This document shows positions 17,790 to 27,591 of a stretch of 58,534 nt of DNA, piece after piece. The stretch's first letter is position 1, and each line of letters starts with the position of its first letter. Source of the DNA: Pseudomonadota bacterium (lineage in GTDB: Bacteria; Bdellovibrionota_G; JALEGL01; DATDPG01); assembly GCA_043804515.1 (NCBI GenBank), contig JAZDIZ010000074.1, positions 1 to 58,534 on the forward strand. Direction: 5' to 3'. Position numbers and translations under genes: made by a program. Under the pieces are notes generated by a model. It was not told the origin of the DNA, made no database searches, and was given only the letters and a program-made list of their open reading frames with translations.

Positions 17790-17885
17790 TTTGGAACCAA
17801 TCCTTTGCGCGGGTGGCGGAGCTGGGGGTCCCCGTCCGAGGGCTCGCAGGATGGGGGTGCACAGCGCAGCCAGGCCCCGCAACGA
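17790..17885. repeat. intergenic structured element, copy C (more diverged)
   Basis: Core TGGGGGTCCCC (17823-17833) ... GGGGGTGCACA (17853-17863). Stem CCCCGTCC (17830-17837) / GGATGGGG (17849-17856). The outer boundaries are approximate. Confidence 0.5.
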
Positions 17886-17917
17886 AGGTCTTCTTCAAAA
17901 TGGAAGCTGCGTGCTTA

Positions 17918-19093
17918 CTAGAACCGTTCGATCTTCATGCCGCCCGAATCGGCGGGCGGGGTCTCGCCGCCGCCGCCGCCTTTGGAGGATTTCTCGAAGT
18001 CCTCCCAGGTCGTATCCGACGTGGACGAAACGCCTTTCACGCGCAGGGCGAAATCGTCCGGATTCGTGGACTGGCGGAGCGCTTCCTCGTACGAGATGAG
18101 CTTCTGGTTCAAAAGCGCCATCAGCGATTGATCGAATGTCTGCATGCTGTATGAGTTGTAGCCCTGCAGAATCGCGTCATGGAGTTCCTTCGTCCGCTCC
18201 GGAATCTCGATCAGCTCCCTCACACGGCTCGTACTGATCAGGATCTCCACGGCGGGAACCCTGCCGCGGCCGTCCATCTTGGGAACCAGGCGTTGGGACA
18301 GAACCGCCTTCAAAACCGAAGCCAATTGCAGCCGCACCTGCTTCTGCTGATACGGAGGGAACGCCGCCACGATGCGCATGACCGTTTCCGTGGCATCCAG
18401 CGTGTGCAGCGTGGAGAGAACCAGGTGGCCCGTCTCCGCGGCCATGAGCGCCGTTTCGATGGTCTCCAGATCCCGCATTTCGCCCACCAGGATGATATCC
18501 GGATCCTGCCGTAACGCCGAACGGAGAGCCTGCTGGAACGAGATCGTGTCGAGGCCGACCTCGCGCTGGTTGATGATGCAGCGCTTGTCGCGGATCAGGA
18601 ACTCGATCGGATCCTCGATCGTGATGACGTTGGCCGTGCGCCGCGAATTGACGAAATCGATCATCGCGGCCAGCGTCGTGGACTTTCCCGACCCCGTGGT
18701 GCCGGTCACCAGGATCAGGCCCCGCCGCTCCATCGCGATCTTCTCCACCACTTTCGGGAGGTTCAGCTCCTCCAGGGTCTGGATCTTGAACGGGATGACG
18801 CGGAAGACCATGCCCACGCTGCCGCGCTGTTGGAACACGCTCACACGGAAACGCCCCACGCCGGGCACCCCGTACGCCATATCGATCTCGTTGTACTCTT
18901 TGAATTTCTCCTTCTGGTACGAGCTCATGATGCTGGTTGCGATCTTCATGACGTCCTCGGGCGAGAAGCGCCGGGCGTCCTTCAGGGGCACCAAGGAGCC
19001 GTCAATCCGAAACATCGGCGGAAGCCCCGCCTTGAGGTGAATATCCGAGGCGCTCCCCTTGACCGCGATTCTGAGGAGATCGTTGAGTTCCAT
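17918..19093 (-). CDS. pilT: type IV pilus retraction ATPase PilT family
   Basis: Walker A GTTGSGKSTT, Asp box, His box GHLVLSTLHT. Gly-rich C-terminal tail. The ATG follows the recA stop immediately (TAAATG). Confidence 0.95.
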   Translation of the reverse strand: MELNDLLRIAVKGSASDIHLKAGLPPMFRIDGSLVPLKDARRFSPEDVMKIATSIMSSYQKEKFKEYNEIDMAYGVPGVGRFRVSVFQQRGSVGMVFRVIPFKIQTLEELNLPKVVEKIAMERRGLILVTGTTGSGKSTTLAAMIDFVNSRRTANVITIEDPIEFLIRDKRCIINQREVGLDTISFQQALRSALRQDPDIILVGEMRDLETIETALMAAETGHLVLSTLHTLDATETVMRIVAAFPPYQQKQVRLQLASVLKAVLSQRLVPKMDGRGRVPAVEILISTSRVRELIEIPERTKELHDAILQGYNSYSMQTFDQSLMALLNQKLISYEEALRQSTNPDDFALRVKGVSSTSDTTWEDFEKSSKGGGGGETPPADSGGMKIERF

Positions 19094-20188
19094 TTAATTC
19101 TTTTCCCTGCCGTTTCCTTTTTTCCCCTTTTCCGGGGCCGGTTCAGCGGTGTTTCCGTCGTCTTTCCCCGGCGCCGGCCCGGAGGCCGGAACGATGCCGG
19201 CTGCCGTATAGATCTCCTTCTCCAGTTGCGTCAGCAGCTCCGGGCGTTCCTTGAGGTAAGCCTTGGCGTTCTCGCGCCCCTGGCCGATTTTCTCGCCTTT
19301 GTATGCGAACCAGGTCCCCGTTTTCTCGATCAGGTTCATGGACGTCGCCAGGTCCAGAATGTCCCCGCTTCGGGAGATCCCCTCGCCGTAAAGGATGTCG
19401 AACTCCACCTTTTTGAACGGGGCCGCCACCTTGTTCTTGACCACTTTCACCTGCGTGCGGGAACCGACCACGTCCTCGCCCTCTTTGATGGCGCCGATCC
19501 GGCGGATGTCGAGCCGCACGGAGGAATAGAATTTGAGCGCGTTTCCGCCCGTGGTCGTCTCCGGGTTGCCGAACATGACGCCGATCTTCATGCGGATCTG
19601 GTTGATGAAGAGGACGGATGTGTTGGATTTGGAGATGTTGGCCGTCAGCTTCCGCAGGGCTTGGGACATGAGCCGGGCCTGAAGGCCCATGTGGGCATCA
19701 CCCATCTCGCCCTCCAGTTCCGCCCGCGGCGTCAAAGCCGCCACCGAATCCACGACTACAATGTCAATGGCGCCCGAACGGACCAGGACTTCGGTGATTT
19801 CCAGCGCCTGTTCCCCTGAGTCGGGCTGGGAGATGAGAAGGTCGTCGGTCCTAACGCCCAGTTTGCGGGCGTACGCCACGTCCAGCGCGTGTTCGGCATC
19901 GACAAAGGCGGCGACTCCCCCTCTTTTCTGGGCCTCCCCGATGATGTGCAGGGCGAGCGTGGTCTTGCCGCTCGACTCCGGGCCGAACACTTCGGTCACT
20001 CTGCCGCGCGGCACACCACCGACTCCCAAGGCGATGTCCAGACTGATCGACCCGGTCGGGATGACCGAGACGTCCTTCACCAGGGCCTCGTGGATACCGA
20101 GACGCATGATCGAGCCTTTTCCGAACTGTTTTTCAATGCTGGCGACCGCCAGATCGATGGCTTTTTCGCGGTTTACATCTAACGACAT
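19094..20188 (-). CDS. recA: recombinase RecA
   Basis: Walker [20 protein letters not shown]1/L2 regions. GGAGGAG RBS inside the cinA 3' end. Confidence 0.98.
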   Translation of the reverse strand: MSLDVNREKAIDLAVASIEKQFGKGSIMRLGIHEALVKDVSVIPTGSISLDIALGVGGVPRGRVTEVFGPESSGKTTLALHIIGEAQKRGGVAAFVDAEHALDVAYARKLGVRTDDLLISQPDSGEQALEITEVLVRSGAIDIVVVDSVAALTPRAELEGEMGDAHMGLQARLMSQALRKLTANISKSNTSVLFINQIRMKIGVMFGNPETTTGGNALKFYSSVRLDIRRIGAIKEGEDVVGSRTQVKVVKNKVAAPFKKVEFDILYGEGISRSGDILDLATSMNLIEKTGTWFAYKGEKIGQGRENAKAYLKERPELLTQLEKEIYTAAGIVPASGPAPGKDDGNTAEPAPEKGKKGNGREKN

Positions 20189-21442
20189 TTACTTCTCCTC
20201 CGTGAAATGACGAATCAACTCCCGAAACGATTCGTAGGTGGCGGCCATTCTATTGCGATTCCGCTCCCAACGAAAATGATATCGGCGTACGAGTTCAAGA
20301 TCCGGACCAACCCAAGCGATGAACGTCAAACCCGCCGGTTTCTCCGCCGTGGCGCCCCCGGGGCCGGCGATTCCGGTCGTGGCTATGGCGTAATCGGAGC
20401 CGAATTTGAGCTTTGCGCCGCGCGCCATCTCCAGAGCGCAGGCCTCTGAAACCGCACCGAATTCCGTGAGCGTGGAGGGCCGGACCTCCAGAAGCGCGAC
20501 CTTCGATTCGTTGCTGTACGCCACGACCGCTCCGCGCAGAACTTCGGAGCTTCCGGGAACATTCACGAGCTGTGCGGTAATCATCCCCCCCGTGACCGAC
20601 TCGGCTACCGCCAGGGTCCGATCCCGCTCCTTGAGCAGCGTCAAAAGCCGTTGCTCGGGGCTTGAATTCCCCTCTGCCAGCAGATGATCCTTAAGTTCAC
20701 TCCGGATCGCCGCATCCGCCGCAGCGAGAATCCGCCCTGCGTTTTCCGGCAAATCCGGAAGGACCGAGAGCGCCACATCCACAACAGGGAATGTGACCGT
20801 GTACGCGACCCGGATCTCGCCCCCGGGTATCGATTCCAGCTTGCACTTCTGAATCGCCTCCGCAACGAACGTCTCCCCCAGGCCCATGAAACGATAGATC
20901 TTTTCGACCCTCCGTTCCGTTTCCGGAAGGCGCCGTTCGATTTCAGGGCGCACGCCCGTATCGAAGAGGTTTTCCATCTCCACCGGAACGCCCGGAAGGC
21001 AAAAGATCACCTTTTTCCCCACGTCCAGCCGGATTCCCGGTGCCGTCCCCCAGTCGTTCCGGATCTCCAGAGCCCCCGCTGGAAGATAGGCCTGCCTGCG
21101 GTTCGCCTCCGGACATCGCAATCCGCGCTCATGAAATCGCGCTTCGATCCGGGGGAAGATCTCCTCGCGAAAGACCAAAGGGAGGTCCAGAGCCTTGGCC
21201 AAAGCCTCGAACGTGACGTCGTCCGTCGTGGGGCCGAGGCCCCCCGTCGAAACGATGAAGTCCGATCTCTCAAGCGCCAACCGGAAGGCGCTCACGATGT
21301 CATCGCGGCGGTCGGATGTGGTCTGACGGAACCGGGGCGGAATCCCGTGCTTGGTGAACCTGCGTCCCAGCCAGGCCGTGTTCGTGTCCACGCGGCGGCC
21401 GTCCAGAAGCTCGTCTCCGAACGTGAGAAGCTCAACGATCAC
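20189..21442 (-). CDS. cinA: competence/damage-inducible protein CinA (MoCF-like N-domain plus PncC-type C-domain)
   Basis: ELLTFGDELLDGRRVDTN start of the N-domain. AVAESVTGG in the C-domain. The GTG at 21442 overlaps the pgpA stop (GTGA). The track ORF to 21922 is an out-of-frame run through pgpA. Confidence 0.9.
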   Translation of the reverse strand: MIVELLTFGDELLDGRRVDTNTAWLGRRFTKHGIPPRFRQTTSDRRDDIVSAFRLALERSDFIVSTGGLGPTTDDVTFEALAKALDLPLVFREEIFPRIEARFHERGLRCPEANRRQAYLPAGALEIRNDWGTAPGIRLDVGKKVIFCLPGVPVEMENLFDTGVRPEIERRLPETERRVEKIYRFMGLGETFVAEAIQKCKLESIPGGEIRVAYTVTFPVVDVALSVLPDLPENAGRILAAADAAIRSELKDHLLAEGNSSPEQRLLTLLKERDRTLAVAESVTGGMITAQLVNVPGSSEVLRGAVVAYSNESKVALLEVRPSTLTEFGAVSEACALEMARGAKLKFGSDYAIATTGIAGPGGATAEKPAGLTFIAWVGPDLELVRRYHFRWERNRNRMAATYESFRELIRHFTEEK

Positions 21443-21963
21443 GAAAGGTGCCCAAAACGGAGGAGAAGAAAGAGCAGCGCCCGGGCATATATACCGGCGA
21501 CGACGTCGTCGAACATGACCCCCTTCGCGCCCCGCCACTTCCGATCGACCCAATCGGCCGGAAACGGCTTTAAGATGTCCATGGCCCGGAACAAAGCAAA
21601 CCCCGCCAGGAACGTGAACCACCCCGGGGGAAAGGCAAAAAGCGTGATCCACATTCCCACTACCTCGTCGATCACGATCCTTTGGTCGTCGTGCTTCCCG
21701 GTGTGTTGTTCCATTACCGAGATGGCCCAGATTCCCGAGGCGGCCGTCGCTGAGATCAGAAGAAATTGTCCCCAAACAGGCAGGCTTCCGAATCTCAGAT
21801 AAAGAACGGCGGCCAACAACGACCCGAACGTCCCCGGCGCCCAAGGGACGTGCCCAACCCCGACGGCCGTGCTCAAGAGAAACGCCAGCCGCTTCTTGAA
21901 ACTGTGCCCCCTCTGGATCCAAAGGATGGGAAGCGTGGCACCCGATCCGGTGTTTTCGGCCAT
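21439..21963 (-). CDS. pgpA: phosphatidylglycerophosphatase A
   Basis: PGTFGSLLA, DDQRIVIDEVVGMW, FRAMDILKPFP motifs. ATG at 21963. Confidence 0.85.
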   Translation of the reverse strand: MAENTGSGATLPILWIQRGHSFKKRLAFLLSTAVGVGHVPWAPGTFGSLLAAVLYLRFGSLPVWGQFLLISATAASGIWAISVMEQHTGKHDDQRIVIDEVVGMWITLFAFPPGWFTFLAGFALFRAMDILKPFPADWVDRKWRGAKGVMFDDVVAGIYARALLFLLLRFGHLS

Positions 21964-22192
21964 GGAGGGATGAAACGTAGCTGAAATCACACGGGATGTC
22001 TTTTGGGAGTTGGGGGACGTTTGGGTCCCAGTGGGGGCATCCATGACCCCCTCATATGCCGTCCAGGGCCCGGGACTTAAATCACAAGTAATTGACATTA
22101 CACGACAAATCTACTGCCCGACATAGACTCCCTGCGGCATGCTCCTTGTATATTCACCCCTCAGAAGTACAGGTTTGGAGGCCTTGAAGATT

Positions 22193-23695
22193 ATGACGCC
22201 ATGTGTTATTTCATTCCGGCTCGTGCCTCGATTTACATACAGACTGTTTCTCTTGGGCCTGGTGGTGGCGACGTTCGCCTGCTCCAGCGGCCCCACCCGA
22301 AGGACGGGTGCATACGCGGTCAGAAACCCCGTGGTTTCGCCCGGCGGAAGGATCGCCGTGGTCCTGGAGAAATCCGACGGCTGCAATCCCACGACAGATC
22401 CCTATTTCTCGACCAGTCCGAACGGGGCGAATGTTTTTCCCGGCCAACAGAATCGCGCCGACGCCTTCGGTCAGCAACGGCCTACAGGGCAATTTAGAGG
22501 CCAACGCGGGTTCCTCGAGATCCTCTCGCTCAACGAGAGTGATATCCAAAGCCCCCGCGCGAATGGAAGTTCGATCGGAGCGGGCACACCGAACCAGTAC
22601 ATAACGTCCGGAATCCTCCCAAGATCCCTCGGCGGATTGGACGTCCCGGGGCTGGGTGACGGAAGCTACACGGTGGCCGATCGGAGCGGTCTGGTCGTAA
22701 CAAGCGTCACGGACTGGGATCAAGTCTGGGTGACGCCGGTCTATCCGAACGGAGCCCCGGGCTCGACGTACTCTCTTTATTTAGGTTCGCACCCAAGACA
22801 CATTTCCATAGGCGATACGCCGATGGGTAGATTCGGACTCGTGGCCACGGACCAAGGGTTCGGTATGTTTGCGCTCCGCGGTTCGGATGAATACGGCATG
22901 CCAGTTGCGAAGGTCGTCCGGAACAACATTCTGGCAGGAAATGGCCGCGCCATCTCCTCCGCTTTCTTCGGCGAGTACGCGATTTTAGGACTTGCCCAGG
23001 GCGCCGTCGGAAACAACGGCATGGTCGCGGCTTGCAGTCTGCGCGCCCAACAGGAGGCTGTGTCACCTCTTGAATCCAGTCTGGAAAGCCCGCACTTGCG
23101 GGCCAGAGGATGTTTCCAATTGGATGCCTCGCAGATGGCCCGGTATGCACAGGGCCCCTACACTTCAAATCTTCAGCGCGTGATGGGCATTCCAACCCGC
23201 TTGGCCGTGAGCGAGAACCAACTCATGGCACTCACGGGCTACGGGCCGATCAACCTGGGCATCCCGAACATCCCGGGCATGGAGGCGTCCCTCGACTCCT
23301 ATTACCGCCAGGGACCTCTTCAAAATTTCGGCCGTACGCGCGGCGGAAATATGGCCGGCTCCCCTCCGAAGGACATGGTTCTCCTTCCCTTTCAACCGGG
23401 CGGCAGCAAAACCGTGGCCGTGCTTCGAGGGAACGACCTCGAATATTGGGCCATGGACAATGCCCTCGAACAAGGGAGCCTGATCCAGGAGCCCTTCCGT
23501 ATAGGCACGGACCCTGTGGCCCTCAGTGTGGATCCCGGGCCGGATCCTACGATGTTGGCCATCGCGGACCATGGCTCGGCGCGCGTCTATATCGCGCTCT
23601 TGGATGACATCGCCGCGGGCCTCAACGTGCTTACGGATTATGTCCGCACGCGCGCTTGCCCGATCGCCGTGTCGATCCGCGGCCGGCTTCAGTAG
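22193..23695 (+). CDS. hypothetical lipoprotein (possibly beta-propeller-like)
   Basis: ATG at 22193. Lipobox VATFAC. No family recognised with confidence. Confidence 0.7.
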   Translation: MTPCVISFRLVPRFTYRLFLLGLVVATFACSSGPTRRTGAYAVRNPVVSPGGRIAVVLEKSDGCNPTTDPYFSTSPNGANVFPGQQNRADAFGQQRPTGQFRGQRGFLEILSLNESDIQSPRANGSSIGAGTPNQYITSGILPRSLGGLDVPGLGDGSYTVADRSGLVVTSVTDWDQVWVTPVYPNGAPGSTYSLYLGSHPRHISIGDTPMGRFGLVATDQGFGMFALRGSDEYGMPVAKVVRNNILAGNGRAISSAFFGEYAILGLAQGAVGNNGMVAACSLRAQQEAVSPLESSLESPHLRARGCFQLDASQMARYAQGPYTSNLQRVMGIPTRLAVSENQLMALTGYGPINLGIPNIPGMEASLDSYYRQGPLQNFGRTRGGNMAGSPPKDMVLLPFQPGGSKTVAVLRGNDLEYWAMDNALEQGSLIQEPFRIGTDPVALSVDPGPDPTMLAIADHGSARVYIALLDDIAAGLNVLTDYVRTRACPIAVSIRGRLQ

Positions 23696-23769
23696 CCAAA
23701 ATTCGTCACGACGTCTCCCTCTGATAACGCTTTTGGGCGTATCAACGTTCAAATGTGTAGAATGATCGC

Positions 23770-24183
23770 GTGCGGATTCTGGGGATCGATTACGGCCAGA
23801 AGCGGATCGGCCTGGCACTGAGCGATCCGCGAGGGATCATCGCCCAGCCCCACGGTTTCATGGACAACGACCGCGGGTTTCACGCAAAACTCTTAAAGCT
23901 TCTTCAAGACCAGGAGGTGTCCGAGATCGTCGTGGGCCTCCCCCGGTCCATGGACGGCAGCTCCAGCCCGATGACGAAAGAGGTGGAAGGCTTCGCCGAA
24001 CGCCTGCGCACCGCGGTGCCCGTTCCGGTTCATCTCTGCGACGAGCGCCTCACGTCCGCGCAAGCGGAACGGACGCTCCTGGAGGGGGATGTTCGGCGTG
24101 CGAAGAGAAAGGTCTCCCGGGACGCCATAGCCGCGGCCCTTCTCCTCCAATCCTTCCTCAAGGATCGGCCTCCTTGCGCATGA
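23770..24183 (+). CDS. ruvX: Holliday junction resolvase-like RuvX/YqgF
   Basis: N-terminus (GTG) RILGIDYGQKRIGLALSD; about 137 aa. Confidence 0.9.
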   Translation: MRILGIDYGQKRIGLALSDPRGIIAQPHGFMDNDRGFHAKLLKLLQDQEVSEIVVGLPRSMDGSSSPMTKEVEGFAERLRTAVPVPVHLCDERLTSAQAERTLLEGDVRRAKRKVSRDAIAAALLLQSFLKDRPPCA

Positions 24184-25262
24184 ACGTTCCGCTCCGAACC
24201 CGGCGTTTCATCTACCCTCTCGTCCTGGCATCGGCGGCTTTGTTTCTCGCCGTCGAGGTTTCTTCGTTCCTCCGTGTGTTCCCCGGTCGTGAGCGGGAGC
24301 CGAAGGTCGTTTTCATCAAGCCTCATCTTCCCCCCGGCCTGATCGCCCTGGAGCTCAGAAACCAGGGAGTTCTGACGAGCCGGTGGAAATTCAAGCTCTT
24401 GGTGCACCTCTTGGGCGTCGGGCGAAAACTCAAACCCGGGGAATACAATTTTCCGGTCCCGTCTTCGCCGCTCGAGGCCGTCCGCACCCTGGTGGCGGGA
24501 AAGGTGATTCTTCACAAAGTCCTGTTTCCCGAAGGAATCACGGTCGACGGAATGGGGCATGTTCTGGCCGAAGCGGGCCTTGTAGACACTCAATCTTTCG
24601 AGGAACTGACGCATCGTTCGGATCTTCCGGCGCGGTTTGGGATCCCCGCCGGCTCCCTCAAAGGGTTCCTCTTCCCGGACACGTACTTCCTCTCCAAGCT
24701 GGATGACGGGGAGGCGATCCTGCGCACCGTGTACGAGCGCTTCAAGGCCGTCATCACGCCGCAGGACCATCTCCGCGCCCGCGAATTGCGCCTAAGCCTT
24801 CTTCAATGGGTGACGCTGGCTTCTCTGATTGAAAAGGAATCCAGCCTGACTTCGGAGCAGCCCATGATTTCCTCGGTCTTTCACAACCGACTTAAGAAAT
24901 GGATGCGCCTTCAGAGCGATCCCACCGTGATTTACGGAATCCCGGACTTCAACGGGAATCTGACGAAGAAGGATCTACAGACCCCGACGCCGTACAATAC
25001 GTACACGAAGATGGGATTGCCTCCGGGACCGATCGCAAACCCGGGCCTGAGCGCTCTGCGAGCCGCGATCTATCCCGCCACTACGAACTTCCTTTATTTC
25101 GTGGCCCGGAAAGACGGGACCCACGCTTTCGCCGCCACATACGAGGAACACCTGAAGAATGTGGCCCGCTACCAACTGGGAAAGCCGGCGTCTCCGATGC
25201 CACCCCCATCAAGCGAAACTAAATCGCTTCAGCAAAAAGATCGTACTCCGCCGCTCCCGTGA
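24174..25262 (+). CDS. mltG: endolytic murein transglycosylase MltG (YceG-like)
   Basis: N-terminal TM. LASLIEKES and NTYTKMGLPPGPIANPG motifs. The C-terminal ~25-aa tail overlaps the rimO 3' end by 44 nt (convergent). Confidence 0.9.
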   Translation: MRMNVPLRTRRFIYPLVLASAALFLAVEVSSFLRVFPGREREPKVVFIKPHLPPGLIALELRNQGVLTSRWKFKLLVHLLGVGRKLKPGEYNFPVPSSPLEAVRTLVAGKVILHKVLFPEGITVDGMGHVLAEAGLVDTQSFEELTHRSDLPARFGIPAGSLKGFLFPDTYFLSKLDDGEAILRTVYERFKAVITPQDHLRARELRLSLLQWVTLASLIEKESSLTSEQPMISSVFHNRLKKWMRLQSDPTVIYGIPDFNGNLTKKDLQTPTPYNTYTKMGLPPGPIANPGLSALRAAIYPATTNFLYFVARKDGTHAFAATYEEHLKNVARYQLGKPASPMPPPSSETKSLQQKDRTPPLP

Positions 25263-26568
25263 TTCGGGCGCGAACGAGGCGCCCGGCTGCCACGCCCTTT
25301 CCCTTGAGAAACACGGTTCCATCGATATCCAGCGCCTGTCCCTCCGTGCGCCCGACATGCGTGTATCCATCGGCATGATCGGCCGTGCGATCCACCAAGA
25401 CGTCCATTTCCTCTCCGACGTGGGCGAGATTTTTCTTGAGTGAGATCTTTTGCGCTATTCCCATGATCCGATCCCGGCGCAGGTTCTTGACCCTCTCGGG
25501 GACCTGATTCGGAAGAAGCGCGGCTTTGGTCCCCTCTTCCCGCGAATACGTGAAGACGCCCAAGCGATCGAATTCCGTCTCTTCCACGAAGCGCACCAGT
25601 TTTTCGAACTGCGCCTTCGACTCTCCGGGGAATCCCACGATCAGCGTGGTCCGAAGCGTGAGATTCGGGATCGAGGAACGCAACTCGGTCAGGAGGTCTC
25701 TGGTTTCCTTCTCGTCCACTCTTCTTTGCATCGACGCCAGAAGATCGCCGTCGATGTGTTGCAGCGGGATGTCCAGGTACTTCAGGATTTGCGGTGACGA
25801 AGCGATCAGTCGCACAAGCCCCCGCGTGAAGTGCATCGGATACGTGTAAAGAAGCCGGATCCACCGGACGCCTTTCACATCCACCAGGCGCTTGAGGAGC
25901 CCTTCCAGATCGGTTCCGTCGTTCAAATCGTGGCCGTACGCCGTCAGATCCTGCGCCAGGAGGTTGATTTCCAGGACTCCGCTCCGTGCGTACCGCTCCA
26001 CCTCGCGCGCGACGGATTCGATCGTCCGGCTTCGAACACGGCCCCTGAGCCTCGGAATGACGCAGAAACTGCACGCTCGGGAGCAACCTTCGCCGACCTT
26101 CACGTAGACGGTATGTTTGGGAAGCGTCGAAATCCTGGGCGTCGCGTAGTCATAGAGAAACTGCGGGCGTTTCACGACCGACCGCACTAAAGGAAGCGGT
26201 CCCCCCATGCGCGCGAATTCCGCGATGCGGTGAAACTCCCCCGTTCCCAGAAAGTGATCCACCTCGGGAAGCTCTTTTTCCAGGTCGCCCTTGTAGCGCT
26301 GCGGCAGGCACCCGGTCACGATGAGTTTTTTGAGGCGCCCCTTTGATTTGCGCCGCGCCACGTCCAGTACCGTTTGGACCGATTCTTTCTTGGAAGGGTC
26401 GATAAAAGCGCACGTGTTGACGATCATGACGTCCGCTTGCGCCTCATCGTTCGTGAGCTCGAACCCGTCCTTCTTCAGAAGGCCGAGCATGACTTCCGAG
26501 TCGACCAGGTTCTTCGGGCAGCCGAGGCTGATCAGCCCGACTTTGATTTTCCCTTCCGGTCCCGGCAT
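25219..26568 (-). CDS. rimO: ribosomal protein S12 methylthiotransferase RimO
   Basis: KVGLISLGCPKNLVDSE N-domain. Radical-SAM CSRACSFC. C-terminal TRAM domain. Confidence 0.92.
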   Translation of the reverse strand: MPGPEGKIKVGLISLGCPKNLVDSEVMLGLLKKDGFELTNDEAQADVMIVNTCAFIDPSKKESVQTVLDVARRKSKGRLKKLIVTGCLPQRYKGDLEKELPEVDHFLGTGEFHRIAEFARMGGPLPLVRSVVKRPQFLYDYATPRISTLPKHTVYVKVGEGCSRACSFCVIPRLRGRVRSRTIESVAREVERYARSGVLEINLLAQDLTAYGHDLNDGTDLEGLLKRLVDVKGVRWIRLLYTYPMHFTRGLVRLIASSPQILKYLDIPLQHIDGDLLASMQRRVDEKETRDLLTELRSSIPNLTLRTTLIVGFPGESKAQFEKLVRFVEETEFDRLGVFTYSREEGTKAALLPNQVPERVKNLRRDRIMGIAQKISLKKNLAHVGEEMDVLVDRTADHADGYTHVGRTEGQALDIDGTVFLKGKGVAAGRLVRARITGAAEYDLFAEAI

Positions 26569-26638
26569 GAGCGGCGGAGTTTAGCTCAGATCCCTGGCGA
26601 AAACACAGTGGTTGGCGTCATGCCAGGAATTGGCATAG

Positions 26639-26697
26639 AAATTGGGGACACGTACGAATTTCAAAGGTCGAATATTTTCTAATTGGTACGTGTCCCC
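26639..26697. repeat. 59-bp palindromic element H1 (12-bp arms GGGGACACGTAC / GTACGTGTCCCC, 30-nt spacer)
   Basis: Arms at 26644-26655 and 26686-26697. Shares exact 18-mer AAATTGGGGACACGTACG and 22-mer ATTTTCTAATTGGTACGTGTCC with H2. Confidence 0.9.
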
Positions 26698-26710
26698 CAT
26701 TTGGTCAGTT

Positions 26711-27100
26711 TCAGTCTGTCTCTGGGTCCGCGTCGTAAACGCGATTCCACCAGCCAATTCCCTCCGAGGTGTATTTGAACAGGACGATCTTATGTCCAAG
26801 ATTCGTGTCAACAAGAACAGCCTGGTAAATGTCGGGAAGGCTGCCCTTAATATGCACCTGTTTCATTCGCAGGATTCTATGATTCGTTACCTTCCCTCTA
26901 TCAAAAGAGATTTGCTTAAAAACCTCCGAAAGGACTTGTTCAGCGGTGGCAGTAGGTGGCAAGGAAAGTTTTGGGTATCTTCCATTTTCCCACAAGTGAT
27001 CGCTTGAAAGTTTTGTTGCCAACTGGTCGATAGGATCCGTACCAGCGCAGGCATCACGGCAACATAAAAGAGCTAGAATTATGAAACAAACCTTCCACAT
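26711..27100 (-). CDS. small hypothetical secreted protein (low-GC cassette gene)
   Basis: ATG at 27100 gives the signal peptide MWKVCFIILALLCCRDACAG. No obvious RBS. The track ORF extends to 27181, into element H2. GC looks lower than the surroundings. Confidence 0.55.
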   Translation of the reverse strand: MWKVCFIILALLCCRDACAGTDPIDQLATKLSSDHLWENGRYPKLSLPPTATAEQVLSEVFKQISFDRGKVTNHRILRMKQVHIKGSLPDIYQAVLVDTNLGHKIVLFKYTSEGIGWWNRVYDADPETD

Positions 27101-27160
27101 GCTTCGAACATATGGAGACAACTTGGTCCTGTCTAGCAGCACCGGATCATCGCCCGGAGG

Positions 27161-27253
27161 AAATTGGGGACACGTACGCATTCCAGATGCCCAGAGAATC
27201 TGACGGGATTATGAGTTCAATATCGCCAGCGATTTTCTAATTGGTACGTGTCC
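27161..27253. repeat. 93-bp palindromic element H2 (arms GGGGACACGTAC / GTACGTGTCC, 66-nt spacer)
   Basis: Arms at 27166-27177 and 27244-27253. The 18-mer at 27161-27178 and the 22-mer at 27232-27253 are identical to H1. Confidence 0.9.
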
Positions 27254-27568
27254 AAAATTAAACCCTACGAAAATGGGGTGTTTTATACCTGTCTGCCCCC
27301 CGCCAGGCCTAAGCGATGTCTTGGATAACTACGGGGTGGGTTACTGACAATTCCGGGGATACTAGCTGCGAGGGGAAGGCGGGCGGGACGAAAAAGCGTG
27401 CCGGAGGCGATCGTCTCCATGCATATAAGACCACGATTGCCGAGGCCCGAGTGGCGCCGAGCGGCGTAACGCGAGGCGCCCGCGTCTTTTTCGGAACGAC
27501 CGGCTTTCCATCGCAGCCGGAGCGAAGGTCCTGCCCCACCCCGCAAGCAGCATCAAGGTCTTAGGAAT

Positions 27569-27591
27569 AAGCGGAAAAAGAAAAGGCGGCC
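27569..27591. repeat. 23-nt exact repeat AAGCGGAAAAAGAAAAGGCGGCC (copy 1; copy 2 at 27862-27884)
   Basis: The two copies are identical and 293 nt apart. Copy 1 is followed by GGTTACGTGTCC (27600-27611), a third half-site of the H-element arm. Confidence 0.85.

Noticed and set aside
21443-21922. Upstream 160 codons of track ORF 20189..21922
   Set aside because: This part is out of frame through pgpA and has no CinA similarity. CinA homology begins exactly at the GTG at 21442, which overlaps the pgpA stop.
26639-27253. Integron cassette with attC sites, or an IS200/IS605 element
   Set aside because: No RYYYAAC/GTTRRRY core sites occur in H1 or H2, and no intI is present. The enclosed protein has a signal peptide and lacks the HUH and Tyr motifs of TnpA.
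27500-27509. RNase P RNA P4-like GGAAAGCCGG (minus strand)
   Set aside because: Other universally conserved RNase P blocks are absent on both strands: the GGTAAGAGC-type P12/J11-12 region and ACAGAA.CCGGCTTA. The same holds for GAAGTCCGGC near 39870.
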